Positions 12,997 through 24,780 of a stretch of DNA of 64,000 bases are shown one piece after another; within the stretch, counting starts at the first letter, position 1, and the number at the start of each line of letters is the position of its first letter. The DNA lies in assembly GCF_963921235.1 (NCBI RefSeq), contig NC_086098.1, forward strand, positions 1 through 64,000, given 5' to 3'. Under the pieces are notes generated by a model, which saw nothing but the letters and a program-made list of their open reading frames with translations, was not told the DNA's origin and made no database searches. This DNA comes from Mobula hypostoma (Eukaryota). The position numbers and the translations under genes are program-made.

Positions 12997-14944
12997 CCAC
13001 GACACCCCTCAATTAGCTACCGCACAACCCCCAGATCACAGCACACAGTCCCTATAAAAAAGACCTCAAATCCAAAACACTGTCCATAGGTAATAACTCC
13101 ACCATTGTAACTTAACCTCCAGAATGGAGGTTAAAGCGGAGGAAGATCCCAGTAAAGGAAAGTTGGGGACCGAGATGATGACAACGTGGGCTAAAAACTA
13201 AGTGGCAGGGTAAAGTGATACTGCATCTCCAGTACGAGATCCACAAACACTAGAGGGATATTTTGCCCACTGCCCGCATACTTGCATCCTAACCCTAACC
13301 ACGCCGCCCCACTAACATCCCCAACCCTAGCAATCACCATAACCAGAACTTTCAATGGACCGCGCACCCCAACTAAACCGGACAGCACCACCCCCATAAA
13401 CCTGAGCCCTCTCTCCACTGGGGGGCCAAGTTCACCCCACTACACCTTCGGTTTGGGTGCTCTAACCCTAACCCTAACCCTCCCACCACCACAAGTTCCC
13501 GAGACACCCCTCAGCACACCCCTATAAACCCTAGAACTCTCCACACGTGGGAGCCAGGTTCACCCTGCATCACCAGCACCATGCCACTCCACAAACATCC
13601 CCAACCATAACCACAACTTCCAATGGACCACACACCCCAACTAAAGAGATAGCACCCCAAATAACCCAAACCACATTACACAAAAGGGCTTATATAACAG
13701 TCCTTTACCCTACCCCTAAACCTAACATCTCCAACCCTGCTACACACCCCCATAAACTCAAGCCCTTACCCCATCAAGGGGCCAAATTCACTCAATATCA
13801 CCAGCAGTTAGGCTCCTATTTCAGCCCTCCCCCCTACCACAGGGGACACCCCCACCCCCGCAATGCCATTTACCACCCCACCCTACCTCCCTTCGCTGTG
13901 AATCCTCAACCCCCATTACCTAACTCTACCCCCGGGCATGTCCCTCCCCACAACACCCCTCAATTAGCTACTGCACAACCCCCAGATCACAGCACACAGT
14001 CCCTATAAAAAAACCCCAAATCCAAAACACTATCCATAGGCAATAACACTACCATTGTAACTTAAGCTTCAGAATGGAGGTTACAGAGGAGGAAGATCCC
14101 AGTAAAGGAAAGTTGGGGACCGAGATGATTACAACGTGGGCCAAAAACAAAGTGGCAGGGTAAAGGGATACTGCATCTGCAGTACGAGATCCACAAACAC
14201 GAAAGGATACTTTGCCCACTGCCCGCATACTTGCATCCTAACCATAACCCTAACCCTAACCCTAACCCACCCCACTACACCATCAGTTTGGGTGCCCTAA
14301 CCCTCCCACCACCACAAGGACCCGGGACCCCGCTACCAGCCATACACCTCAGCCTAATACCTCCAACCCCTCAGCACTCCCCCATAAACCCGAGCCCGCT
14401 ACCCACCCAGGAGCCAGGTTCACCCCACATCACCAGCACCATGCCACCCCACGAACATCTCCAACCCTAACATTCACCTTAAATATAACTTCCAATGGAC
14501 CACGCACCCCAACTAAGTTGGGGATCGAGATGATGACAACGTGGGCCAAAAACAAAGTGGCAGGGTAAAGTGATACTGCATCTCCAGTATGAGATCCACA
14601 AACACTAGAGGGATATTTTGCCCACTACCCGCATACCAGCATCCTAACAGCCCCAACCCTATCATTCACCAAAGCATAACTTCCAATGGACCGCGAACCC
14701 CAACTAAACTGTACAGCACCCCAAATAACCCAAACTACACCACACAAAAGGGTTTATGTAACAGTCCTTTACCCTCCACCCCACAAACATCCCAAACCCT
14801 ACCATTCACACTAACCATAACTTCCAATGGACCGCGCACACCAACTTAACTGGACAGCACCACCCCCATAAACCTGAGCTCTCTCTCCACTGGGGGGCCA
14901 AGTTCACCCCAGTACACCATTGGTTTGGGTAACCCTAACCCTAA

Positions 14945-17234
14945 TATGGTGGAATTCTTCATTAAGATGGAGAGGGACATAGTTAATTCAGAAACAAAGG
15001 TTCCAAACTTAAATAAGGGTAACTTTGAAGGTATAAGACGTGAATTAGCTAAGATAGACTGGCAAATGATACTTAAAGGGTTGACGGTGGATATGCAATG
15101 GCAAGCATTTAAAGATCGCATGGATGAACTACAACAATTGTTCATCCCAGTTTGGCAAAAGAACAAATCAGGGAAGGTAGTGCACCCATGGCTGACAAGG
15201 GAAATTAGGGATAGTATCAATTCCAAAAAAGAAGCATACAAATTAGCCAGAAAGAGCGGCTCACCTGAGGACTGGGAGAAATTCAGAGTCCAGCAGAGGA
15301 GGATAAAGGGCTTAATTAGGAAAAGGAAAAAAGATTAAGAGAGAAAACTGGCAGGGAACATAAAAACTGACTGTAAAAGCTTTTATAGATATGTGAAAAG
15401 AAAAAGATTGGTTACGACAAATGTAGGTCCCCTACAGACAGAAACAGGTGAGTTGATTATGGGGAACAAGGACATGGCAGACCAATTGAATAACTACTTT
15501 GGTTCTGTCTTCACTAAGGAGGACATAAATAATCTTCCGGAAATAGTAGGGGATAGAGGGTCCAGTGAGATGGAGGAACTGAGGGAAATACACGTTAGTA
15601 GGGAAGTGGTGTTAGGTAAATTGAAGGGATTAAAGGCAGATAAATCCCCAGGGCCAGATGGTCTGCATCCCAGAGTGCTTAAGGAAGTAGCCCAAGAAAT
15701 AGTGGATGCATTAGTGATAATTTTTCAAAACTCTTTAGATTCTGGACTAGTTCCTGAGGATTGGAGGGTGGCTAATGTAACCCCACTTTTTAAAAAGGGA
15801 GGGAGAGAGAAACCGGGGAATTATAGACCGGTTAGCCTAACATTGGTGGTGGGGAAAATGCTAGAGTCAGTTATCAAAGATGTGATAACAGCACATTTGG
15901 AAAGCGGTGAAATCATCGGACAAAGTCAGCATGGATTTGTGAAAGGAAAATCATGTCTGAGGAATCTCATAGAATTTTTGAGGTGTAACTAGTAGAGTGG
16001 ATAGGGGAGAACCAGTGGATGTGTTGTACTTGGATTTTCAAAAGGCTTTTGACAAGGTCCCACACAGGAGATTAGTGTGCAAACTTAAAGCACATGGTAT
16101 TGGGGGTAAGGTATTGATGTGGATGGAGAATTGGGTGGCAGACAGGAAGCAAAGAGTGGGAATAAATGGGACCTTTTCAGAATGGCAGGCAGTGACTAGT
16201 GTACCGCAAGGCTCAGTGCTGGGACCCCAATTGTTTACAATATATATTAATGACTTAGATGAGGGAATTAAATGCAGCATCTCCAAGTTTGCGGATGACA
16301 TGAAGCTGGGCGGCAGTGTTAGCTGTGAGGAGGATGCTAAGAGGATGCAGGGTGACTTGGATAGGTTAGGTGAGTGGGCAAATTCATGGCAGATGCAATT
16401 TAATGTGGATAAATGTGAGGTTATCCACTTTGGTGGCAAAAACAGGAAAATAGATTATTATCTGAATGGTGGCCGATTAGGAAAAGGGGAGGTGCAACGA
16501 GACCTGGGTGTCATTATACACCAGTCATTGAAAGTGGGCATGCAGATACAGCAGGCAGTGAAAAAGGCGAATGGCATGCTGGCATTCATAGCAAGAGGAT
16601 TCGAGTACAGGAGCGGGGAGGTACTACTGCAGTTGTACAAGGCCTTGGTGAGACCACACCTGGAGCATTGTGTGCAGTTTTGGTCCCCTAATCTGAGGAA
16701 AGATATTCTTGCCATAGAGGGAGTACAAAGAAGGTTCACCAGATTGATTCCTGGGATGGCAGGACTTTCATATGAAGAAAGACTGGATCAACTAGGCTTA
16801 TACTCATTGGAATTTAGAAGATTGAGGGGGGATCTTATTGAAATGTATAAAATCCTACAGGGATTGGACAGGTTTGATGCAGGAAGATTGTTCCCGATGT
16901 TGGGGAAGTCCAGAACGATGGGTCACAGTTTGAGGATAAAGGGGAAGCCTTTTAGGACTGAGATTAGGAAAAACTTCTTCACACAGAGAATGGTGAATCT
17001 GTGGAATTCTCTGCCACAGGAAACAGTTGAGGCCAGTTCATTGGCTATATTTAAGAGGGAGTTAGATATGGCCCTTGTGGCTAAAGGGATCGGGGGTATG
17101 GAGGGAAGGCTGGTACAGGGTTCTGAGTTGGATGATCAGCCATGATCATACTGAATGGCGGTGCAGGCTCGAAGGGCCGAATGACTTACTCCTGCACCTA
17201 TTTTCTATGTTTCTATGTTTCTATCTTTCTATGT
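14945..17234 (+). mobile_element. CR1 LINE, 5'-truncated, disrupted ORF2 (tether + RT)
   Basis: ORF pieces 14925-15338, 15393-15992 and 15997-17145 contain [28 protein letters not shown] and FADD. (TTTCTATG)n tail at ~17201-17234. Flanked by TAACCCTAACCCTA on both sides. Confidence 0.95.
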
Positions 17235-18431
17235 TAACCCTAACCCTACCACCACCACAATGTCCCGTGATCCCGCTATCCAGCCATATCCAGCCTAACA
17301 CCTCCAACCCTTCAGCACACCCCCATAAACCCTAGCCCTCTCCCCACCCGGGAGCCAGGTTTACCCCACATCACCAGCACCACGCTACCCTACAGACATA
17401 CCCAACCCTTGCATTCACCATAACCATAACTTCCAATGGACATCGCACCCCAGTTAAACCGGACAGCACCACAAATAACCCAAACTACGTCACACAAAAG
17501 GGCTTATGTAACAGTCCTTTACCCTCCACCCCACAAACATCTCCAACCCTACCATTCACACTAACCATAACTTCTAATGAACCACGCACCCCAACTAAAC
17601 CGGACAGCACTACCCCCATAAACCTGAGCTCTCTCTCCACTGGGGGGCCAGCTTCACCCCACTGCACCATTGGTTTGGGTGCTCTAACCCTAACTCTAAC
17701 CCTCCCACCACCACAAGGTCCCGGGACCCCACTACCCAGCCATACATCTCAGCCTAACACCTCCAACCCCTCAGCACACCCTCATAAACCCTAGCCCTCT
17801 CCCCAGGAGGAAGCCAGGTTCACCCCACATCACTAGCACCACGTTACCCCACAAATATCCCCAACCCTATCATTCACCATAACCATAACTTCTAATGGAC
17901 CGCGCACCCCAAATAAACCAGACAGCACCCCAAATATCCCAAACCACACCACACAAAAGGGCTTATATAACAGTCCTTTACCCTACCCCTAATCCTAACA
18001 TCTCCAGCCCTGCTACACACCCCCATAAACACAAGCCCTTACCCATTCAAGGGGCCAAATTCACCCAATATCACCAGCAGTTAGGCTCCTATTTCAGCCC
18101 TCCCCCCTACTGCAGGGGATCCCCCCCAGCAATGCCATTTGCCACCCCATTCCACCTCCCTATGCCATGAATCCTCAACCCCCATTACCTAACTCTAACC
18201 CCAGGCATGTCCCTCCCCAAAACAACCCTCAGTTAGCTACCACACAACCCCCAGATCACAGCACACAGCCCCTATAAAAAGACCCCAAATCCAAAACACT
18301 ATCCATAGGCAATAACTCTACCATTGTAACTTAAACTCCAGAATGGAGGTTAAAGAGGAGGAAGATCCCAGTAAAGGAAAGTTGGGGACCGAGATGATGA
18401 CAACGTGGGCCAAAAACAAATTGGTAGGGTA

Positions 18432-18803
18432 AGACAATAGACAATAGGTGCAGGAGTAGGCCATTCGGCCCTTTGAGCCAGCACCACCATTCACTTTGAT
18501 CATGGCTGATTATCCATAATCAGTTTCCAGTTCCTGCCTTATCCCCATAACCTTTGATTCCACTATCTTTAAGAGCTCTATCCCTGTCTTTCTTGGAAGC
18601 ATCCAGAGACTTGGGCTCCACAGCCTTCTGGGGCAGAGCATTCCATATATCCACCACTCTCTGGGTGAAAAAGTTTTTCCTCAACTCCGTTCTAAATGGC
18701 CTACCCCTTATTCTTAAATTGTGGCCTCTGGTTCTGGACTCACCCATCAGCGGGAACATGCTTCCTGCCTCCAGCGTGTCCAATCCCTTAATAATCTTAT
18801 ATG
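18432..18803 (-). mobile_element. CR1 3' fragment
   Basis: SRTRGHNLRI...FFTQRVV..WNALP C-terminus and an AGACAAT tandem tail at ~18432-18447. Confidence 0.88.
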
Positions 18804-18805
18804 AG

Positions 18806-19248
18806 TCGAAGTGAAGAAGGCGAATGCAATGTTGGCATTCATTTCTAGAGGAATAGAGTATAGGAGCAGGGATGTGATGTTGAGGTTCTATAAGGCACTG
18901 GTGAGACCTCACTTGGAGTACTGTGGGCAGTTTTGGTCTCCTTATTTAAGAAAGGATGTGCTGACGTTGGAGAAGGTACAGAGAGGATTCACTAGAATGA
19001 TTCCGGGAATGAGAGGGTTAACATATGAGGAACGTTTGTCCGCTCTTGTACTGTATTCCTTGGAGTTTAGAAGAATGCGGGGAGACCTCATAGAAACGTT
19101 TCGAATGTTGAAAGGCATGGACAGAGTGGATGTGGCGAAGTTGTTTCCCATGATGGGGGAGTCTAGTACGAGAGGGCATGACTTAAGGATTGAAGGGCGC
19201 CCATTCAGAACAGAAATGTGAAGAAATATTTTTAGTCAGAGGGTGGTC
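18806..19248 (+). mobile_element. CR1 ORF2 internal fragment
   Basis: KKANAMLAFISRG..LVRPHLEY..VQRGFTRMIPG motifs. Same family as the 3' part of the element at 24781. Confidence 0.88.
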
Positions 19249-21111
19249 GACTTGAAGTTGCATCCAGATCTCGTAACCAAAATTTTAAGTATCGAATATT
19301 AATTGCCCGATAATAAAATCTAAAATTCGGGGGGGGGGGGGGGAAGTGAGCCCCCCCCCCTTTTATAAATTTCTGAAAATACCTTTTACCTAGCCTAGGA
19401 TTTTTGTTCTGCCATATATATGAGGAAATTTTTGAGTCAACATTATCAAAAAAGGATTTTGGGATAAAAATTGGAACCAATTGAAATACATATAAAAATT
19501 TAGGCAGAATAATTATCTTAATAGCATTAATCCGACCAATCAAAGACAAAGATATTGGTGACCATTTAGTAAACAAGAGTTTAATCTGATCAATTAAAGG
19601 TAAAAAATTAGCTTTAAATAAATCTTTATACTTTTTCGTAATTATAATCCCTAAATATATAAATGAGTCAGTAGAACAATTTAAATGGTAAATATCCATA
19701 AATAGGTACCTGCTTATTTAGGGGAAATAATTCATTCTTATTAAGATTTAATTTGTAGCCAGAAAAATTACTCAATTGAGCCAACAAAGCTAAAATAACA
19801 GGAATTGACTTCTCCGGATTAGAGATATATAATTACAAATCATCTGCATATAGTGATAATTTCTGTATTTCATTTCCATTGGTAATACCAAAAATATTGG
19901 GCGAGTCACGGATAGCAATTGCTGAAGGTTCAAGAGCAATATTAAATAGTAAAGGACTAAGAGGGCATCCTTGCCTAGTACCACGAAATAGTCGGAAAAA
20001 GGGAGATCTTTGATTATTAGTACAAACCGAAGCTGCCGGGGAATAATATAACAATTTAATCCAAGATATAAATATCAAACTAAAATTAAATTTCTCGAGC
20101 ACACTAAATAAACAAGGCCATTCAACTCTGTCAAAGGCTTTCTCAGCATCTAATGAGATAATACATTCCGTAGTATTAAGTGAAGGGGTATAAACAATAT
20201 TCATTAACCTCCTAATATGAAAGGATGAATAATGATTTTTAATAAATCCAGTTTGGTCCATAGATATAATTTGAGGTAATACCTTCTGTAACCTAGTTGC
20301 TAAAATTTTTGAAAAAATTTTTGAATCGACATTCAAAAGAGATATTGGTCTGTATGATGCACAATCAGTAGCGTCTTTATTCTTTTTAAGAATTAAGAAA
20401 ATAGAGGCTTCATAAAACGATTGTGGTAATTTACCTAAACTAATTGCTTCTTTGAATATTCTAGCCAACCACGGAGAGAGAATAGAGGAAAAAGATTTTA
20501 AAAATTTCACTGTAAACCCGTCCGGACTGGGTGCTTTACCAGAATTCATTGATGAGATTGCAGTTATTATTTCTTCCTTTGTAATAGGAGTTTCTAATGT
20601 TAAGCAATCTTCGGGTGATAATTTCGGAAAATTCAGTTTACTTAAAAAATCATGCATGATATTAAAATCATGAGGAAAATCAGAGTGATATAAAGAGGTA
20701 TAAAATTCTTGAAAGGTTTTGTTTATCCCATCATGATCAACTGTCAAAGTATCATCGTGTTTGCGAATCTTAGTAATTTGACGTTTAATGGAAGCAAATT
20801 TCAATTGATTAGCCAATAGTTTACCCGATTTATCACTATGAATATAAAAATCAATTTTAGTTCTCATTAATTGATTTCAATCGAGGATGTTAATAGTAAA
20901 CTATGTTCCAAGTGAAGTTCAACTCTGTGTTTGTACAGCTCCTTACGAGGAGCAATAGTGTATTTTTTATCAATTTCTTTAATTTTATCAACCAAAAAGA
21001 GTATTTCATTCTTAGACAACAGGAATTCTGCAGATGCTGGAAATTCAAGCAACATACATCAAAGTTGCTGGTGAACGCAGCAGGCCAAGCAGCATCTATA
21101 GGAAGAGGCGC

Positions 21112-21147
21112 AGTCGACGTTTCAGGCCGAGACCCTTCGTCAGGACT
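21112..21147 (-). ncRNA. Minimal type I hammerhead ribozyme in PLE terminal repeat
   Basis: Minus strand reads AGUC-CUGACGA-AGGGUCUCGGCCU-GAAA-C-GUC-GACU: intact CUGANGA and GAAA core, stem I AGUC/GACU, palindromic ACGU helix III, GUC cleavage triplet. Confidence 0.85.
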
Positions 21148-21443
21148 AACTGAAGGAAGAGTGAGTAAGGGATTTGAAAGCTGGAGGGGGAGGGGGAGAT
21201 GCAAAATGATAGGAGAAGACAGGAGGGGGAGGGATAGAGCCGAGAGCTGGACAGGTGATAGGCAAAAGGGGATACGAGAGGATCATGGGACAGGAGGTCC
21301 GGGAAGAAAGACGGGGGAGGGGGGTGACCCAGAGGATGGGCAAGAGGTATATTCAGAGGGACAGAGGGAGAAAAAGGAGAGTGAGAGAAAGAATGTGTGC
21401 ATAAAAATGAGTAACAGATGGGGTACGAGGGGGAGGTGGGGCC

Positions 21444-23852
21444 TTAGCGGAAGTTAGAGAAGTCAATGTTCATGCCATCAGGTTGGAGGCTACCCAGACG
21501 GAATATAAGGTGTTGTTCCTCCAACCTGAGTGTGGCTTCATCTTTACAGTAGAGGAGGCCGTGGATAGACATGTCAGAATGGGAATGGGACGTGGAATTA
21601 AAATGTGTGGCCACTGGGAGATCCTGCTTTCTCTGGCGGACAGAGCGTAGATGTTCAGCAAAGCGGTCTCCCAGTCTGCGTCGGGTCTCACCAATATATA
21701 AAAGGCCACATCGGGAGCACCGGACGCAGTATATCACCCCAGTCGACTCACAGGTGAAGTGATGCCTCACCTGGAAGGACTGTTTGGGGCCCTGAATGGT
21801 GGTAAGGGAGGAAGTGTAAGGGCATGTGTAGCACTTGTTCCGCTTACACGGATAAGTGCCAGGAGGGAGATCAGTGGGGAGGGATGGGGGGGGACGAATG
21901 GACAAGGGAGTTATGTAGGGAGCGATCCCTGCGGAACGCAGAGAGGGGGGGGAGGGAAAGACGTGCTTAGTGGTGGGATCCCGTTGGAGGTGGCGGAAGT
22001 TACGGAGAATAATATGTTGGACCCGGAGGCTGGTGGGGTGGTAGGTGAGGACCAGGGGAACCCTATTCCTAGTGGGGTGGTGGGAGGATGGAGTGAGAGC
22101 AGATGTACGTGAAATGGGGGAGATGCGTTTAAGAGCAGAGTTGATAGTGGAGGAAGGGAAGCCCCTTTCTTTAAAAAATGAAGACATCTCCCTCGTCCTA
22201 GAATGAAAAGCCTCATCCTGAGAGCAAATGCGGCGGAGACGGAGGAATTGCGAGAAGGGGATGGCGTTTTTGCAAGAGACAGGGTGAGAAGAGGAATAGT
22301 CCAGATAGCTGTGAGAGTCAGTAGGCTTACAGTAGACATCAGTGGATAAGCTGTCTCCAGAGACAGAGACAGAAAGATCTAGAAAGGGGAGGGAGGTGTC
22401 GGAAATGGACCAGGTAAACTTGAGGGCAGGGTGAAAGTTGGAGGCAAAGTTAATAAAGTCAACGAGTTCTGCATGCGTGCAGGAAGCAGCGCCAATGCAG
22501 TCGTCGATGTAGCGAAGGAAAAGTGGGGGACAGATACCAGAATAGGCACGGAACATAGATTGTTCCACAAACCCAACAAAAAGGCAGGCATAGCTAGGAC
22601 CCATACGGGTGCCCATAGCTACACCTTTAGTTTGGAGGAAATGGGAGGAGCAAAAGGAGAAATTATTAAGAGTAAGGACTAATTCCGCTAAACGGAGCAG
22701 AGTGGTGGTCGAGGGGAACTGATTAGGTCTGGAATCCAAAAAGAAGCATAGAGCTTTGAGACCTTCCTGATGGGGGATGGAAGTATATAAGGACTGGACA
22801 TCCATGGTGAAAATAAAGCGGTGGGGGCCAGGGAACTTAAAATCATCGAAAAGTTTAAGAGCGTGAGAAGTGTCACGAACATAGGTCGGAAGGGATTGAA
22901 CAAGGGGTGATAAAACAGTGTCGAGGTATGCAGAAACGAGTTCGGTGGGGCAGGAGCAAGCTGAGACAATAGGTCGGCCAGGACAGGCAGGTTTGTGGAT
23001 CTTGGGTAGGAGGTAGAAACGGGAAGTGCGTGGTGTGGGAACTATAAGGTTGGTAGCAGTGGATGGGAGATCCCCTGAGCGGATAAAGTCGGTGATAGTG
23101 TGGGACACAATGGCCTGGTGCTCCTTAGTGGGGTCACGATCGAGGGGTAAATTAGAGGAGGTATCCGCGAGTTGTCGCTGTGCCTCGGCAAGGTAGAGGT
23201 CAGTACGCCAGACTACAAAGGCACCCCCCTTATCAGCGGGTTTAACAATAAGGTTAGGATTAGTGCGGAGGGAGTGGAGAGCGGAGCGTTCCGAAGGAGT
23301 GAGGTTGGAATGGGGACAAGGTGCGGTGAAGTCGAGACGGTTGATGTCCTGTCGGCAGTTGGCAATAAAGTGATCCAGAGCAGGCAGAAGACCAGAAGTC
23401 CATGAAGAAGAGGAGGGTTGAAGACGGGAGAAGGGGTCATCGGTGGGGGTGGAAGAGTCTTTGCCGAAGAAGTAGGCTCGGAGACGGAGATGGCGGAAGA
23501 AAAGTTCCGCATCATGGTGAACACGGAACTCACTGAGGTGTGGGCGAAGGGGGACAAAGGTGAGGCCCTTACTGAGAACAGAGCGTTCTGCCTCCAACAG
23601 TTGAAGGTCGGAGGGGATGGTAAAGACCCGGCACGGATGAGAGCTGGGATCAGAGGGGGGAGGGGGGAGGCTGGGTGTGTCAATGGAAAGGGGAGGGTTG
23701 GGGTGAGAGGAAGATGGAGCCTCTGAGGGCCCAGGAGTTGACGGTGGGATCTGAGGAAGACGGGGCTGCGGAGTGGTGGTGGGGGAAGGGGAGACGGGAG
23801 TCACAACAGCAGCACATAAAGACCCGGCCTGGAGCTCAAGGCTGGAGTTAGA
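21444..23852 (-). CDS. PLE reverse transcriptase + GIY-YIG endonuclease (partial; frame open to the truncation point, no ATG start)
   Basis: KPADKG, YLLPKIHK, GRPIVS, MDVQSLYT, GVAMG, RYIDD, FLDL. Linker CKRNKCYTC, then VIYCVRCSRCGLLYIGET..RFAEH..LEEQ..GMN. The track start at 23804 is GTG and the frame stays open to 23852. Confidence 0.9.
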   Translation of the reverse strand, partial: SNSSLELQAGSLCAAVVTPVSPSPTTTPQPRLPQIPPSTPGPSEAPSSSHPNPPLSIDTPSLPPPPSDPSSHPCRVFTIPSDLQLLEAERSVLSKGLTFVPLRPHLSEFRVHHDAELFFRHLRLRAYFFGKDSSTPTDDPFSRLQPSSSSWTSGLLPALDHFIANCRQDINRLDFTAPCPHSNLTPSERSALHSLRTNPNLIVKPADKGGAFVVWRTDLYLAEAQRQLADTSSNLPLDRDPTKEHQAIVSHTITDFIRSGDLPSTATNLIVPTPRTSRFYLLPKIHKPACPGRPIVSACSCPTELVSAYLDTVLSPLVQSLPTYVRDTSHALKLFDDFKFPGPHRFIFTMDVQSLYTSIPHQEGLKALCFFLDSRPNQFPSTTTLLRLAELVLTLNNFSFCSSHFLQTKGVAMGTRMGPSYACLFVGFVEQSMFRAYSGICPPLFLRYIDDCIGAASCTHAELVDFINFASNFHPALKFTWSISDTSLPFLDLSVSVSGDSLSTDVYCKPTDSHSYLDYSSSHPVSCKNAIPFSQFLRLRRICSQDEAFHSRTREMSSFFKERGFPSSTINSALKRISPISRTSALTPSSHHPTRNRVPLVLTYHPTSLRVQHIILRNFRHLQRDPTTKHVFPSPPSLRSAGIAPYITPLSIRPPPSLPTDLPPGTYPCKRNKCYTCPYTSSLTTIQGPKQSFQVRHHFTCESTGVIYCVRCSRCGLLYIGETRRRLGDRFAEHLRSVRQRKQDLPVATHFNSTSHSHSDMSIHGLLYCKDEATLRLEEQHLIFRLGSLQPDGMNIDFSNFR

Positions 23853-24780
23853 ATTTCATTCTTAGCACGTTTTTTCAAACCAGCCGAATAGGAAATAATC
23901 TGACCACGGATATAAGCTTTAAAAGCGTCCCAAACTGTTCCATTGGAAACTTCTTCTGTAGTATTAATTGAAAAAAAGAAATCAATCTGTCCCTTCATAA
24001 ACTTAACGAAGTCCAAGTCTTGAAGCAAAATAGGGTTAAATCACCATTGTCTATTCATAGAAGAAGTATCCATTAACTTGATAGAAAGTTTCATTGGAGC
24101 ATGATCTGAAATGGCGATAATGTCATAATTACAATCAATTACAGATGGGATTATCGAGAGTCAATAAAAAATAGTGTCAATTCGAGAATAAGGACAATGA
24201 ACATGTGAAAAAATGAGAATTCTTTGTCCTTTGGGTGTAGAAATCTCCAAATTTCTGAAATCCCAGAATCAATCATAAAAGAGTTAATAAGAGTAGCCGA
24301 CTTATTCGGTAAAGCCAGACTACCTATGGATCTGTCCAACATGGGATTCAAACATAAATTAAAGTCACCGCCCATTATCAACATATACTCGTTTAAGTTA
24401 GGAAAGGAAGTGAATATGTGCTTAAAAAATTCAGGGTAATCCACATTCGGAGCATAAACATTAACCATAGCAACCTTTTTATTAAAAAGTAACCCAGTAA
24501 TTAACAAAAATCTACCATTAGGATCTGAGATAATGTCTTGATGAATAAATGTAATTGAGGGATCTATAAAAATTGAAGCGCCTTTAACTTTGGCTTGGGA
24601 GTTCAAGTGCTATTGTTATTCTTTCCAGAACTTAAAGAAGCGTTGATTATCCTCTTTCCTTACATGAGTTTCTTGTGCAAAAATAATACGAGCATTCAGT
24701 CTTTGGAATACTTTGAAAATCTTTTTCCTTTTTATTGGATGGTTTAAACCATTTGTATTCCAAGAGACAAAATTAATAAT

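Larger units (their letters stand above)
11778..18431. repeat. Subtelomeric (telomere-associated) modular C-rich repeat
   Basis: Module ACCATAACTTCCAATGGACCGCGCACCCCAACTAA recurs near 11780, 13341, 13611, 14484, 14675, 14814, 17422, 17564 and 17881. A purine-rich module (GGAAGATCCCAGTAAAGGAAAGTTGGGGACCGAG) recurs at 13141, 14091 and 18360. Short CCCTAA tracts are embedded. Confidence 0.92.
21016..23852 (-). mobile_element. Penelope-like element (Neptune-type), 5'-truncated, young
   Basis: 13-bp TSD ATTTCATTCTTAG (21003-21015, 23853-23865). The host L1 peptide KNEI(L) is duplicated across it. The 3' terminal repeat region is 21016-21443. Confidence 0.95.
19249..24780 (-). mobile_element. L1-clade LINE ORF2 (EN-RT), decayed, split by a Penelope-like insertion
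   Basis: APE endonuclease (SWNTNGLN, QETH, VYAPN, GGDFN) at 24780-24150. RT (YRPISLLN, DAEKAFDRVEW, RQGCPLSP, YADD) at 20867-19833. Confidence 0.93.

Noticed and set aside
13112..13134. Perfect hairpin TTAACCTCCA-GAA-TGGAGGTTAA in the subtelomeric module
   Set aside because: Paralogues at ~14062 and ~18331 carry non-compensated mismatches, so the structure is not conserved.
12436..14849. Short ORFs in the LTR and Pro/Thr/His-rich ORFs in the subtelomeric repeat
   Set aside because: They are compositional products of C-rich DNA, with no domains and frames not preserved between repeat copies.
11778..18431. CRISPR-like repeat-spacer array
   Set aside because: Eukaryotic context. The intervening segments are themselves repeated and irregular in length, and there are no cas genes.
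18432..19248. Head-to-head CR1 pieces as a twin-priming inversion
   Set aside because: The pieces overlap in ORF2 coordinates and differ strongly there, so they are separate families.
19329..19360. G15 / C10 inverted homopolymers
   Set aside because: Slippage expansion inside the L1 GGLALPN codons; no sign of function.
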